A stretch of DNA of 64,000 bases from an uncultured Candidatus Rokubacteria bacterium (GTDB taxonomy: Bacteria > Methylomirabilota > Methylomirabilia > Rokubacteriales > CSP1-6): contig CAVYTA010000007.1 of NCBI GenBank assembly GCA_963771355.1, positions 320,001-384,000 of the forward strand, given 5' to 3'. This document shows positions 51,993 through 61,077 of this stretch, piece by piece. Numbering within the stretch: the first letter of the stretch is position 1; each line of letters opens with the position of its first letter. Position numbers and translations under genes: made by a program. The notes under the pieces were generated by a model, which searched no databases, had not been told where the DNA came from, and worked only from the letters and a program-made list of their open reading frames with translations.

Positions 51993-52697
51993 ATGGCGGA
52001 CAAGAGCAAGATTCTCGTGGTGGACGACGAGCCCAGCGTGCACGAGATCCTGACGGAGTTCTTCACCTCAAAGGGCTACGAGGTGATCTCTGCCTCCGGC
52101 GGGCTCGAGGGGCTGTCCAAGACGGAGAAGCACCGGCCCGACGTGATCCTGCTCGACGTCCGCATGCCCGACCTGGACGGCATCACCGTGCTCCGCCGCA
52201 TCCGCGAGGTGAATCCCTGGGTGGGTATCCTCATGATGAGCGGGAACACCGACACCGAGGCTGCCAAGGAGACGCTGCAGCTCGGCGCCTTCGACTACAT
52301 CCTCAAGCCCTTCGACTTCGACTATCTCGATCGCGCCGTCCACAAGATGCTCACGGCGGCGGCGCCGGCCGACGCCGTTCGCGGCCTCGAGTCCTCCGTC
52401 ACCGCGCCCGAAGCCTCCCAGCACGGGCTCCTCTATGACCTCGCCCTCGAGGTCTTCAGGGTGGCGCGTACCATGACCAGCGAGTCGCGCGCCAGCCTGG
52501 GCACCGCGCTCGAGTCCGCCGCCCTCGGCGCCGTGCAGAAAGGGGTGTCGGGGGAGAAGCAGGAAGTGATCCGGTCGCTGAACCACCTCCGCATGCTCCT
52601 GCGCTTCGCCCGCGACCTGAACGACATTCCCGATGACGTCCACCGCGATCTGGAGGCGAAGATCGTCAGGGCCCGCCGCTCGATCGGACTCGGCTGA
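51993..52697 (+). CDS. Response regulator: receiver domain plus C-terminal four-helix-bundle (Avd/23S-IVP-like) domain
   Basis: ILVVDDE, LLDVRMP, DYILKP; helical C-domain (family assignment by eye). Confidence 0.8.
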   Translation: MADKSKILVVDDEPSVHEILTEFFTSKGYEVISASGGLEGLSKTEKHRPDVILLDVRMPDLDGITVLRRIREVNPWVGILMMSGNTDTEAAKETLQLGAFDYILKPFDFDYLDRAVHKMLTAAAPADAVRGLESSVTAPEASQHGLLYDLALEVFRVARTMTSESRASLGTALESAALGAVQKGVSGEKQEVIRSLNHLRMLLRFARDLNDIPDDVHRDLEAKIVRARRSIGLG

Positions 52698-52709
52698 GCG
52701 TCCCTCGCC

Positions 52710-53891
52710 TCACACCGCCTGAAGCAGGAGTCCGGTCAGGTAGCGCGTCTCGGGCACGTTCAGCAGCACCGGATGGTCACGAGCCTGGGTGAGGGGGGCG
52801 AGGATGCGGGTGGTGACGCCGGCATCCCCGGCTGCGTCGCGGCAGATGGTCTCGAACAGCTCCGGCGTGACGTGGTGCGAGCACGAGAAGGTCGCCAGCA
52901 CGCCGCCGGGCTCCAGCAGGCGCAGGCCGCGGATATTGATCTCCTTGTAGCCGCGCGTGGCGGCGTCCACCGCCTCTTTCCGTCGCGTGAAGGGGGGCGG
53001 ATCCAGCACGACGACCCCGAAGCGCTCACGTCCGGCCTCCAGCTGACGCAGCTCGTCGAAGGCATTGGCCTCGCGCAGCTCCGCGCGCTCGGCCACGCCG
53101 TTCGCCTCGAGATTGCGCCGGGCGGCGGCCAGGGCCCCGGTCGAGGACTCGATGAGCACGGCCCGGCTGGCGCCCCCCAGCAGCGCGTGGCAGGCGAAGG
53201 CGCCCTGGTAGGCGAAGGCGTCGAGAACGCGGCGGCCGGAGGCGTAGCCCGCCACCAGGGCGTGATTGGCGCGCTGATCGAGGTAGAGCCCAGTCTTGTG
53301 GCCGCCGCCCGGTGTCACCACGAGCCGGCAGGGCCCGTCCGTGATCTCGATCTCCTCGGCGGCGCTGGGCGCCGAGGTCAGCCAGCCCCGCTGGGGCTCG
53401 AAGCCCTCGATGCGGGCGGCCGTGGCGTCGTCGGCCCGATAGATCGAGCCGTCCGGGAACAGCCGTCCGAGGGCGCCCGCGATCCAGCCGCCCATACGCG
53501 ACATCCCCAGGGTCTGGCACTGGACCACGCTGACCGGCCCATAGCGGTCCACCACGAGGCCGGGGAGCCCATCCGCCTCGCTCCAGCAGAGTCGATAGCC
53601 CTCGCCGGCGAGCCCGGCCGTCTGGCGGAACTGGAGCGCTCCCGCGAGCCGGCGGTGGATGAGCTCGGCGTCGACGAGCTCGTCGCGCCGCGTGAGGAGC
53701 CGGCAGGCGATGCCCGTGCGGGGGTTGTAGAGGCCGCGGCCGAGGAGCCGGCCCGTGGAGTCGAGCACGGCCACGGCATCGCCCGGCACCCAGGCCCCGC
53801 GAATGTCGGCGATCTCCCCCCGGTAGATCCAGGGGTGCCCCGCCCGGAGCCGGCGGTCGCCGCCGCGCTTGAGAACCAGCTCGCCCGTGAC
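52710..53891 (-). CDS. rlmI: RlmI/RlmK-family SAM-dependent rRNA methyltransferase; start codon unclear
   Basis: GHPWIY PUA domain, EADGLPGLVVDRY, HKTGLYLDQR, LDPPPF, FSCSHH. Confidence 0.88.
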   Translation of the reverse strand, partial: VTGELVLKRGGDRRLRAGHPWIYRGEIADIRGAWVPGDAVAVLDSTGRLLGRGLYNPRTGIACRLLTRRDELVDAELIHRRLAGALQFRQTAGLAGEGYRLCWSEADGLPGLVVDRYGPVSVVQCQTLGMSRMGGWIAGALGRLFPDGSIYRADDATAARIEGFEPQRGWLTSAPSAAEEIEITDGPCRLVVTPGGGHKTGLYLDQRANHALVAGYASGRRVLDAFAYQGAFACHALLGGASRAVLIESSTGALAAARRNLEANGVAERAELREANAFDELRQLEAGRERFGVVVLDPPPFTRRKEAVDAATRGYKEINIRGLRLLEPGGVLATFSCSHHVTPELFETICRDAAGDAGVTTRILAPLTQARDHPVLLNVPETRYLTGLLLQAV

Positions 53892-53892
53892 G

Positions 53893-54681
53893 CTACTTCT
53901 TCCGGAGCACCACCACCATGAGGAGCGGGTGGTGGGCGCGACCCAGCTTGAGGCGGGGCTTGAAGCCGTAGAACCACTCGGCCAGCTCAAAACCGCCGGC
54001 CAAGTCCACCAGGGAGCGCAGCTCCTGGGGGAAGACCATTCGTGACGCATGACGTTGACGGTAGATGTGCCGCTGGCCGTTCTCTTCGGCCTCGAGCTCC
54101 ATGTCCTCGTAGAAGACCTGGGTCACGGGATCGAGGTCCTTGAGCGCCTCGAAGGTCGCCCGGACGGTGGCTCCGCCGCGACGACGGGTCCAGGACCATT
54201 TCCGCGCCGGGTCCGTCCAGGAGGAGCACATGTAGCGGTCGAAGACGTAGAGCCCGCCTTTCTTGATCGCCCGCGCGGTGCTGCGAAGGTGGGCCAGGAT
54301 GGCCTCATTGGTGAGGAGGTGGCCCTGGGAATCCTGCATGCAGATGGCGGCATCCACCGGCCGGGGCAGCTGGAACTGCGTCATGTCGCCCACGTGGAGG
54401 CCGACGTCGAAGCCCTTCCCGGCCGCCCGCTGGCGGAGGAACTCGATGTTCTCCGGGGAGAGATCGAGCCCGCTCATCCGGTAGCCGCGCTCGGCGAGCC
54501 GGATCAGGTGAGGGCCGGTCCCGCAGGCGATATCCAGCACGGTGCGGATGGGTCGCCGGGCATAGGTCCGGAAGGCGTGGACCAGGAAGTCCACCTCCTG
54601 CTTCCGGTTCATGTCGAAGGCGATCTCGTAGTAGCGGGGCGCGGAGTACTGGCCCCGCTGCGCCCGCGCGGCGTCGGTCAC
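53893..54681 (-). CDS. Class I SAM-dependent methyltransferase
   Basis: VLDIACGTG, GLDLS, GDM; GTGA overlap with the speE stop. Confidence 0.88.
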   Translation of the reverse strand: MTDAARAQRGQYSAPRYYEIAFDMNRKQEVDFLVHAFRTYARRPIRTVLDIACGTGPHLIRLAERGYRMSGLDLSPENIEFLRQRAAGKGFDVGLHVGDMTQFQLPRPVDAAICMQDSQGHLLTNEAILAHLRSTARAIKKGGLYVFDRYMCSSWTDPARKWSWTRRRGGATVRATFEALKDLDPVTQVFYEDMELEAEENGQRHIYRQRHASRMVFPQELRSLVDLAGGFELAEWFYGFKPRLKLGRAHHPLLMVVVLRKK

Positions 54682-55571
54682 AGGCCGAGATCCTCGCCGT
54701 CTTCCAGCATGAACGAGGGCAGGGCGAAGCACGCGCGATGGAGGGCGGCGTTGTAGTACTTGAACTTGAGGCCGGCCTTCTTCACCCGGTTCTCCTTGAA
54801 ATGGGCCACCGGATCCAGCTTGTCGGAGCAGAGGGAGAAGCTCCAGAACCCGCTGGGGTAGGTGGGGATATTCGCGGTATACAGACGCACCACGGGGAAG
54901 ATCTCCCGGAGGTTGCGCTGGATCCCCTTCACCGTCTTCTGGTGGAAGAAGGGCGACTCGGACTGGGTGACGAAGATCCCGCCGGGATTCAGGCAGCGGG
55001 CCACGTTCTTGTGGAAGGGCTTCTGGAACAGCACCTCCGCCGGGCCCACCGGATCGGAGGCGTCCACCAGGATGACGTCGAACTTCTCCTTGCAGCCGGC
55101 GAGGTAGCGCTCGCCGTCCTCGAAGAGGACCTGGGCGCGGGGGTTCTTGAAGGCGGTGCCGATCGAGGGCAGGTACTTCTGCGAGGTCTGCACCACCATC
55201 TCGTCGATCTCCACCATGGTGGCCCGCACGCCCTTGTGCCGCATGACCTCTCGGAGCGTCCCCCCGTCCCCGCCGCCGATGATGAGAACGCGCTTGGGGT
55301 TGGGATGCGCGAAGAGGGGCACGTGGGCCAGCATCTCGTGGTAGACGAATTCGTCCTTCTCCGTCACCATGATCGACCCGTACAGGACGAGCATGCGCCC
55401 GAACTCGTAGCTGTCGAGCACGTCGATGCGCTGATAGGGGCTCTTGGCGGTGTAGAGGAGCTGCTTGATCTTGATGGTGAGCCCGACCCGGCGCCGGTGC
55501 TGCTCGGTGAACCAGAGGTTCCACAGGTCAGTCATCGAGCTCTCGCTGATGCGCTCGGAGGGGCTGGGCAT
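54678..55571 (-). CDS. speE: Spermidine synthase (aminopropyltransferase, GGGDG type)
   Basis: YHEMLAH, IIGGGDGG, VEID, VDASDP, PTYPSGFW; AAGGAG RBS. Confidence 0.93.
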   Translation of the reverse strand: MPSPSERISESSMTDLWNLWFTEQHRRRVGLTIKIKQLLYTAKSPYQRIDVLDSYEFGRMLVLYGSIMVTEKDEFVYHEMLAHVPLFAHPNPKRVLIIGGGDGGTLREVMRHKGVRATMVEIDEMVVQTSQKYLPSIGTAFKNPRAQVLFEDGERYLAGCKEKFDVILVDASDPVGPAEVLFQKPFHKNVARCLNPGGIFVTQSESPFFHQKTVKGIQRNLREIFPVVRLYTANIPTYPSGFWSFSLCSDKLDPVAHFKENRVKKAGLKFKYYNAALHRACFALPSFMLEDGEDLGL

Positions 55572-55601
55572 GGGGGATCTCCTTGGTCCGGGCGCGCCGG
55601 C

Positions 55602-56714
55602 CTAGAAGGCGACCAGGCGGGCGAGGGGGAAGCCGTTGAACGTGCTCGCGCTGGCGTTGGTATAGGCGCCCATGCCGGGCACGATCAGGATGTCGCCGAT
55701 CTCGGCGGGCGGCAGCGCCCGGTCCGTGTACAGCACGTCGAAGGAGTCGCAGGTGGGGCCGGCGATGACGCAGAGCTCGCGGTCGCCGTCACGCTCCGAC
55801 TGGAGGGCGTACTCGCACTTGTCGAAGACCTTGCCCGAGAAGCTGCCGTAGAGCCCGTCGTCGATGTAGTACCAGGGCACCCCGCCGCGCTTGGACTTGC
55901 CGATCACCTGGGTGATGAGCCAGACCGCGTTGGCCACCAGGAACCGGCCCGGCTCGGCGATGACCCGGCACTGGTCGAAATACTTCTCGATGGCCTCCGC
56001 GATGGGCTCGCAGAACCGGTCGATCGGCATGACGCTCTCGACATACGAGACCGGGAAGCCTCCGCCGATGTCGAGGGTGTCCAGGATGATCCGCTTGGAG
56101 GCGGCCAGGTTGAAGAGCTGCCGGCAGCTCGCCAGGGCGTCCGCGTAGGCGAAGGGATTGGTGCACTGGGAGCCCACGTGAAAGGACAGCCCGCGCGGCC
56201 GCAGCTTGGCCCGGCGGGCCACCTGGAGGAGGCGGAGGACGTCGTCGGACTGGGCGCCGAACTTGTAGGAAAGGTCGACCACCGCGTCCTTGGTCGACAC
56301 CCGGAGCCGGACGAGCACGTTGACGCCGGGCGCGCAGGCCGCCAGCTTGGTGATCTCGGCTTCGTTGTCCACCACGAACCAGCGGAGCCCGGCTCCGTAG
56401 GCGAACCGGAGCTCGGAGGGCTTGTTGATCGGCTTGGTGTAGAGCATGTCCTCGGCGCCGGCGCCCGCCCGGCGGGCGAGACGGATTTCCTCGTCGGAGG
56501 AGACGTCGAAGCGGCTGCCGGCGGCGCGGAGGAGGCGGAGGACCTCCCGGTGGGGATTGGCCTTGATCGCGTAGTAGATGGCGACGTTGGGGAGGCTCTT
56601 CTGGAGCGCCTCGTAGCTCTCACGAAGGACGGAGCGCGAGAGCGCCAGGAGCGGCGTGCCGTGGCGCTCGGCGAGGCGTTTCGCGTGCTCGAAGGTCAGG
56701 AGATCGGTGCGCAC
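55602..56714 (-). CDS. Ornithine/lysine decarboxylase (alanine-racemase fold, PLP)
   Basis: YAIKAN, KFGA, SFHVGSQ, DIGGGF, EPGRF, GPTCDSFD, GAYT; start GTG 56714 or ATG 56723. Confidence 0.92.
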   Translation of the reverse strand: MRTDLLTFEHAKRLAERHGTPLLALSRSVLRESYEALQKSLPNVAIYYAIKANPHREVLRLLRAAGSRFDVSSDEEIRLARRAGAGAEDMLYTKPINKPSELRFAYGAGLRWFVVDNEAEITKLAACAPGVNVLVRLRVSTKDAVVDLSYKFGAQSDDVLRLLQVARRAKLRPRGLSFHVGSQCTNPFAYADALASCRQLFNLAASKRIILDTLDIGGGFPVSYVESVMPIDRFCEPIAEAIEKYFDQCRVIAEPGRFLVANAVWLITQVIGKSKRGGVPWYYIDDGLYGSFSGKVFDKCEYALQSERDGDRELCVIAGPTCDSFDVLYTDRALPPAEIGDILIVPGMGAYTNASASTFNGFPLARLVAF

Positions 56715-56856
56715 GACCCGCATGCTACCCGATAACGACGCTCCGGTGCCAGCACTCCGCCGCCTCGCCGGGCTTGCCGCCGCCTGTCAGCCCGCTCCGG
56801 GCGTCGGGCGCTACGCCCGAACGGCGCCCACGGAGGCGAAAAAACTCATTTTTTTC

Positions 56857-56885
56857 TTGCAATGAACTTTTGCTGGCCCTACATT
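56857..56885 (+). promoter_or_regulatory. Candidate sigma70 promoter of speD with an upstream A/T tract
   Basis: TTGCAA-17 bp-TACATT preceded by AAAAAACTCATTTTTTT. Confidence 0.65.
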
Positions 56886-56963
56886 GAAAAACCTCTGGCC
56901 GAAATTTTTCGGACAGAGAGAAGTGAACAGAGACGAAAGCCGAGACGCGAGGGGAGGAGATAA

Positions 56964-57359
56964 GTGCAAGCTCTGGGGCGACACCTGCTGCTCGAGTTGT
57001 TCGACTGCGACGCCGAGGCCATCAACAGCCTCGAGACGGTGAAGACGTCGATGGTCGAGGCCGCCAAGCGCGCACAGGCGACCATCGTGGATATTGTCTT
57101 TCACGAGTTCAACCCGTTTGGCATCAGCGGCGTCGTCGTCATCGCCGAGTCGCATCTGGCCATCCACACCTGGCCGGAGTACCGCTACGCCGCCGTGGAC
57201 GTCTTCTCCTGCGGCGATGTGCTCCAGCCCCAGGTGGCCGCCGACTATCTCGTGGAGCAGCTCGGGGCCACGCGGGCGTCCGTGGTGGAGCTCCAGCGCG
57301 GCATCTTCATGACGCAGGGAGGTCCCCTGCCGCACAAGCCGGTCGCCGTCAACGGATGA
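56964..57359 (+). CDS. speD: S-adenosylmethionine decarboxylase proenzyme (class 1B)
   Basis: GRHLLLE, GISGVVVIAESHLAIHTWPEY (pyruvoyl ES cleavage site), DVFSCG; GGAGG RBS. Confidence 0.93.
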   Translation: MQALGRHLLLELFDCDAEAINSLETVKTSMVEAAKRAQATIVDIVFHEFNPFGISGVVVIAESHLAIHTWPEYRYAAVDVFSCGDVLQPQVAADYLVEQLGATRASVVELQRGIFMTQGGPLPHKPVAVNG

Positions 57360-58276
57360 CGTTTTCCCCCCAGTACAAGTGGTTCTTCGAGACCACGACG
57401 GCGGTGGAAGGCCACCTGCACGCCATCGCCCGCACCATATCCACCCGGCAGACGAAGTTCCAGTTCATGGAGATCCTGGAGACCTTGTCCTACGGCAAGG
57501 TGCTCGTCCTCGACGGCCGGATCCAGTCGAGTCAGGCCGACGACTTCATGTACCACGAGCTGCTGGTCCACCCCGGGCTCCTCGCCCATCCCAAGCCGAC
57601 GCGAGCCATGGTCATCGGCGGCGGTGAGGGCGCGACGGTACGGGAGATACTTCGCCACCGCTCGATCACCGACTGCCTGATGGTGGACATCGACGGCGAG
57701 GTGGTGGAGGAGTGCAAGAAGCACCTCCCCGAGATGCACCAGGGATCCCTCGACGACCCCCGCACCCGCGTGCTCAACGAGGACGCCCGCGCGTACTTGG
57801 AGAACACCTCCGAGCGCTTCGACCTCATCGTGGTGGACCTCGTGGAGCCCCTCGAAGAAGGGCCGGCCTGCCAGCTCTTCACCAAGGAGTTCTACTCGCT
57901 GGTGCGCGACCGCCTCACCGACCAAGGCGTCATGACCATGCAGGCCGGCATGACCAAGATCAACGAGCTGTTCTTCTACGGGGCGGTGAACCGGACGCTC
58001 CGGGACGTGTTCCCCGTCGTGGCTCCCTACCAGGGCTTCATCTCCTGCTTCGGAACGCCGTGGGGCTTCATCCTCGCCAGCAAGCGCACCGATCCCCGCC
58101 GGCAGAGCGCCGAAGAGATCAACCGGCTCCTCGCGGCCCGGCTGGATCCCGACGAGCTCGGCTACTGGGACGGGGCGGCCCATCTGCACTCGTTCAATCT
58201 CCCGAAGTTCCTCAGCCAGGCCGTCGAGCGGAACGACCGCGTCATCACCGACGCCAACCCGCTGATCGTCACCTAG
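57356..58276 (+). CDS. speE: Second polyamine aminopropyltransferase (GGGEG type)
   Basis: LVLDGRIQS, YHELLVHP, IGGGEGATVRE, VDID, LFTKEFY. Confidence 0.9.
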   Translation: MTFSPQYKWFFETTTAVEGHLHAIARTISTRQTKFQFMEILETLSYGKVLVLDGRIQSSQADDFMYHELLVHPGLLAHPKPTRAMVIGGGEGATVREILRHRSITDCLMVDIDGEVVEECKKHLPEMHQGSLDDPRTRVLNEDARAYLENTSERFDLIVVDLVEPLEEGPACQLFTKEFYSLVRDRLTDQGVMTMQAGMTKINELFFYGAVNRTLRDVFPVVAPYQGFISCFGTPWGFILASKRTDPRRQSAEEINRLLAARLDPDELGYWDGAAHLHSFNLPKFLSQAVERNDRVITDANPLIVT

Positions 58277-58283
58277 CCGTCGG

Positions 58284-58898
58284 CTGCGTCTGGGCCGTTC
58301 CCCCTCGCTGATCCTGGCTTCCGCTTCACCCCGCCGGCAGGAGCTGCTCGCGGGCCTGGGCATTCCGTTCACCGTCCGCCCCAGCGAGATCCCGGAGCCA
58401 TTGCCCTCCGGCCCGCCGGCCGACGCCGTCATGGAGCTGGCCCGCGCGAAGGCGCGCGCCGTCGCCCAGCGCGTGTCGGCGGACGCCGCCGGGGAGTCCG
58501 CGGGCCGGACGGTGGTCCTCGGCGCGGACACCGAGGTCTTCCTGGACGACGAGGCCCTAGGCAAGCCGACCGACGCCAGCGATGCCGGCCGCATGCTGCG
58601 CGCGCTTCGCGGCCGGGCGCACGAGGTGATCACCGGCCTGGCCCTGGTCGAGGTCGGCGGCGCGTGGGAGGAGGTGGCCTCCGTCACCACCCGCGTCCGG
58701 ATGGCCGAGTACAGCGACGCGACCATCGCGGCCTATGTGGCGACGGGGGAGCCGTTCGACAAGGCGGGCGGCTACGCGGTGCAGGGCGAGGGTGGCCGGC
58801 TCGTGGCCGAGGTGGAGGGCTGCTACACCAACGTGGTCGGTCTGCCCGTGGAGACAACGCGACGGCTACTGACCGCCTGGGGGCTGCTGGGCGCCTAG
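58284..58898 (+). CDS. maf: Maf family nucleoside triphosphate pyrophosphatase; start codon unclear (CTG candidates)
   Basis: LILASASPRR at 58308, GADT, LGKP, DKAGGYAVQG, NVVGLP. Confidence 0.92.
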   Translation: MRLGRSPSLILASASPRRQELLAGLGIPFTVRPSEIPEPLPSGPPADAVMELARAKARAVAQRVSADAAGESAGRTVVLGADTEVFLDDEALGKPTDASDAGRMLRALRGRAHEVITGLALVEVGGAWEEVASVTTRVRMAEYSDATIAAYVATGEPFDKAGGYAVQGEGGRLVAEVEGCYTNVVGLPVETTRRLLTAWGLLGA

Positions 58899-58907
58899 CC
58901 GGCGGCG

Positions 58908-59879
58908 TCAGCGGGGCCTGCCCGCGATGGCCTGCCGGAGGGGCTCCAGGAAGAGCAAACGCTCCAGATTCCATGGCAGCTTGACCACCACCGGCAGCTT
59001 CGCCCGGGCGAGGGCCAGCTCGATGCCGGCCTCCAGCGCCGCCTCCGTCACGAGCCCGTCGGGGACCAGCACCCCGCGGACCCCTTCCACGCGGAGCGCG
59101 AGGTCTCCCTCCTCGCCCGCCGCCGCCGGACCCAGTCCCGCCGCCAGCTCGCCCGGTGACGCCGTCTTCACCTGCTGCATCGCCCGGAGCAGCGCCCGGG
59201 CGACGGGGACCAGCTCACGCTCCCCGAGCCGGCCATTGCCGGCCACGAACACCGCGGCGTGGACGCCCGACGCCTTGATCCAGCGCTCGGCCCCCCCCGG
59301 CTGGCGCAGGTCGGCGAGCACGGCGGCCCGGCCTTCCTGCACCAGGCGACTCGCCCAGGGGTCGGCGAGGACGGCGGCGTCCACCTCGCCCGCCGCGAGC
59401 GCACGGGCCAGCGGCCGCTCCCCGAGGCTCACCGTGGTGACACCCGCCGGCGAGAGCCCCGCCGCGGCGAGCATGCCGGTCAGGGCCTCGGCCTCCGGCG
59501 TGCCCGGCGCCGGGATGCCGACGGTCTTGCCCGCCAGCGCGGTCATCCCGACGATCTCCCCGCGCCGGGCCTCCGGCACGAGCAGCGCCACCGGCGGCGC
59601 CGTCGTCAGCCCGAACACGAGCCGGGGCGGGACGCCGTGCACATGCCCCAGCCGCAGGGCGGCGTCGAGGGTGATGGCGGCCAGATCCACGCGGCCGGCG
59701 GCCAGTGCCTCGGCGGCTTCCGCGGGGCTCCGGAACGTCTTCAGGCGCGCCGCGACCTTCTCCGACGCGAAGTGGCCCGCGGACTCGGCCAGGTGCACGG
59801 GCAGATACTCCGCCGAGGTCCCCGGGCCCGTCACGCCGATGGTGAGCGTGGCCTGGAGCAGCAGGGCGACCCCGAGCAT
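58908..59879 (-). CDS. NMT1/TauA-like ABC substrate-binding protein
   Basis: YLPVHLAESAGHF, LAGKTVGI, GEVDAAVLADPW; signal-like N-terminus. Confidence 0.75.
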   Translation of the reverse strand: MLGVALLLQATLTIGVTGPGTSAEYLPVHLAESAGHFASEKVAARLKTFRSPAEAAEALAAGRVDLAAITLDAALRLGHVHGVPPRLVFGLTTAPPVALLVPEARRGEIVGMTALAGKTVGIPAPGTPEAEALTGMLAAAGLSPAGVTTVSLGERPLARALAAGEVDAAVLADPWASRLVQEGRAAVLADLRQPGGAERWIKASGVHAAVFVAGNGRLGERELVPVARALLRAMQQVKTASPGELAAGLGPAAAGEEGDLALRVEGVRGVLVPDGLVTEAALEAGIELALARAKLPVVVKLPWNLERLLFLEPLRQAIAGRPR

Positions 59880-59890
59880 GCGCCTGCGCC

Positions 59891-61000
59891 TCAGGCGCCC
59901 GCCGCCTCGAGGACGAGGCGCGCGATGCGGTCGGCGGCGTCGGGTACCGCCAGGGCGCGGGCCCGCTCACCCATGCGGGCCAGCTCGGCGCGGTCCGCGA
60001 GAAGCCGCGTCACGGCCTCCAGCAGCCGCTCGGGCGTGAGCGAGATCTGCGGCAGGAGCACGGCACCTCCCGCCGCCTCGACGAGGCGTGCGTTCGCCGT
60101 CTGCTCGTCCCCGCTGGTGCCCGGCAGCGGCACGTAGAGCGCGGCGCGCCCGAGCTGACAGCACTCGTTCACCGTGCCCGCCCCGCTTCGGCCGACCACC
60201 AGGTCGGCCGCCGCGAAGATGTCCCGGAGCTCGGCGCCGATATAGGGCCGGAGCGCGTAGCGGCGCCCGAGCGCGGCGGGAAGCCGCGCCGCGGCGGCCT
60301 CGAGCCAGGCGCGGTCCCCCGTCGTCGCGTGATCGCCGCACTGATGGACGAGCTGGGTGCGCTCGAGCAGCGGCGCCAGCACGGCCCCCAGGGTGCGGTT
60401 GAGCTTGTGCGAGCCCTGGGACCCGCCGGTGAAGTAGACGACGGGCTGGGCCGGCTCGAACCCCAGGAGCCGGCAGCCGGCCTCCCGCGAGCCGCCGGCC
60501 AGCTCCGGCCGCAGCGGGTTGCCGGTGATCACCGTGCGCTCGGCGGCGATATCGCCGCCGGTGAGCGGAAAGGTGAGCGCCACGCGGCGGGCGAAGCGGG
60601 CGGCCACGCGGTTGGCGAGCCCGGGCACGGCCGTCTGCTCGTGGACGACCACGGGGATGCGGAGCATGCGCGCGGCCAGCGCCGGCGGGAGGGCGACGAA
60701 GCCCCCGGTGGCGAAGAGGAGGCGGGGCTTGAGCCGTCGCAGGAGGCGCCAGGACTGGGCGAAGCCCGCGGGGACGCGCAGGCTCAGATCGGGCACGTTC
60801 TGCCAGTCCCAGTAGCGGCGGAGCTTGCCCGTCGGGATGGCGTGAAAGGCCAGCCCGGCCTCGGGAGCGCGCCGGGCCTCCACGCCGCGACGGCTGCCGA
60901 TCCAGTGCACCTCCACCCCGCGCCGCACCAGCGCCGCCGCCACCGCGAGGCCCGCGCTCGTGTGCCCACCCGTGCCGCCGCCCGCGATGACGATGCGCAT
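59891..61000 (-). CDS. murG: Lipid II GlcNAc transferase MurG
   Basis: AGGGTGGH, TGGFVA, HEQ, TGNPLR, GGSQGS, GRSGAGT, EQTANA. Confidence 0.95.
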   Translation of the reverse strand: MRIVIAGGGTGGHTSAGLAVAAALVRRGVEVHWIGSRRGVEARRAPEAGLAFHAIPTGKLRRYWDWQNVPDLSLRVPAGFAQSWRLLRRLKPRLLFATGGFVALPPALAARMLRIPVVVHEQTAVPGLANRVAARFARRVALTFPLTGGDIAAERTVITGNPLRPELAGGSREAGCRLLGFEPAQPVVYFTGGSQGSHKLNRTLGAVLAPLLERTQLVHQCGDHATTGDRAWLEAAAARLPAALGRRYALRPYIGAELRDIFAAADLVVGRSGAGTVNECCQLGRAALYVPLPGTSGDEQTANARLVEAAGGAVLLPQISLTPERLLEAVTRLLADRAELARMGERARALAVPDAADRIARLVLEAAGA

Positions 61001-61077
61001 GCTCCTGGCATCATACGGCGGGGCCGCGCGCATTGCCGCGCTCATGTCGGACGCGCGCGGTCCGTCCGCGCGCGCCG

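Noticed and set aside
51993..52697. Diversity-generating retroelement near the Avd-like domain
   Set aside because: No reverse transcriptase or TR/VR repeat pair seen in the window
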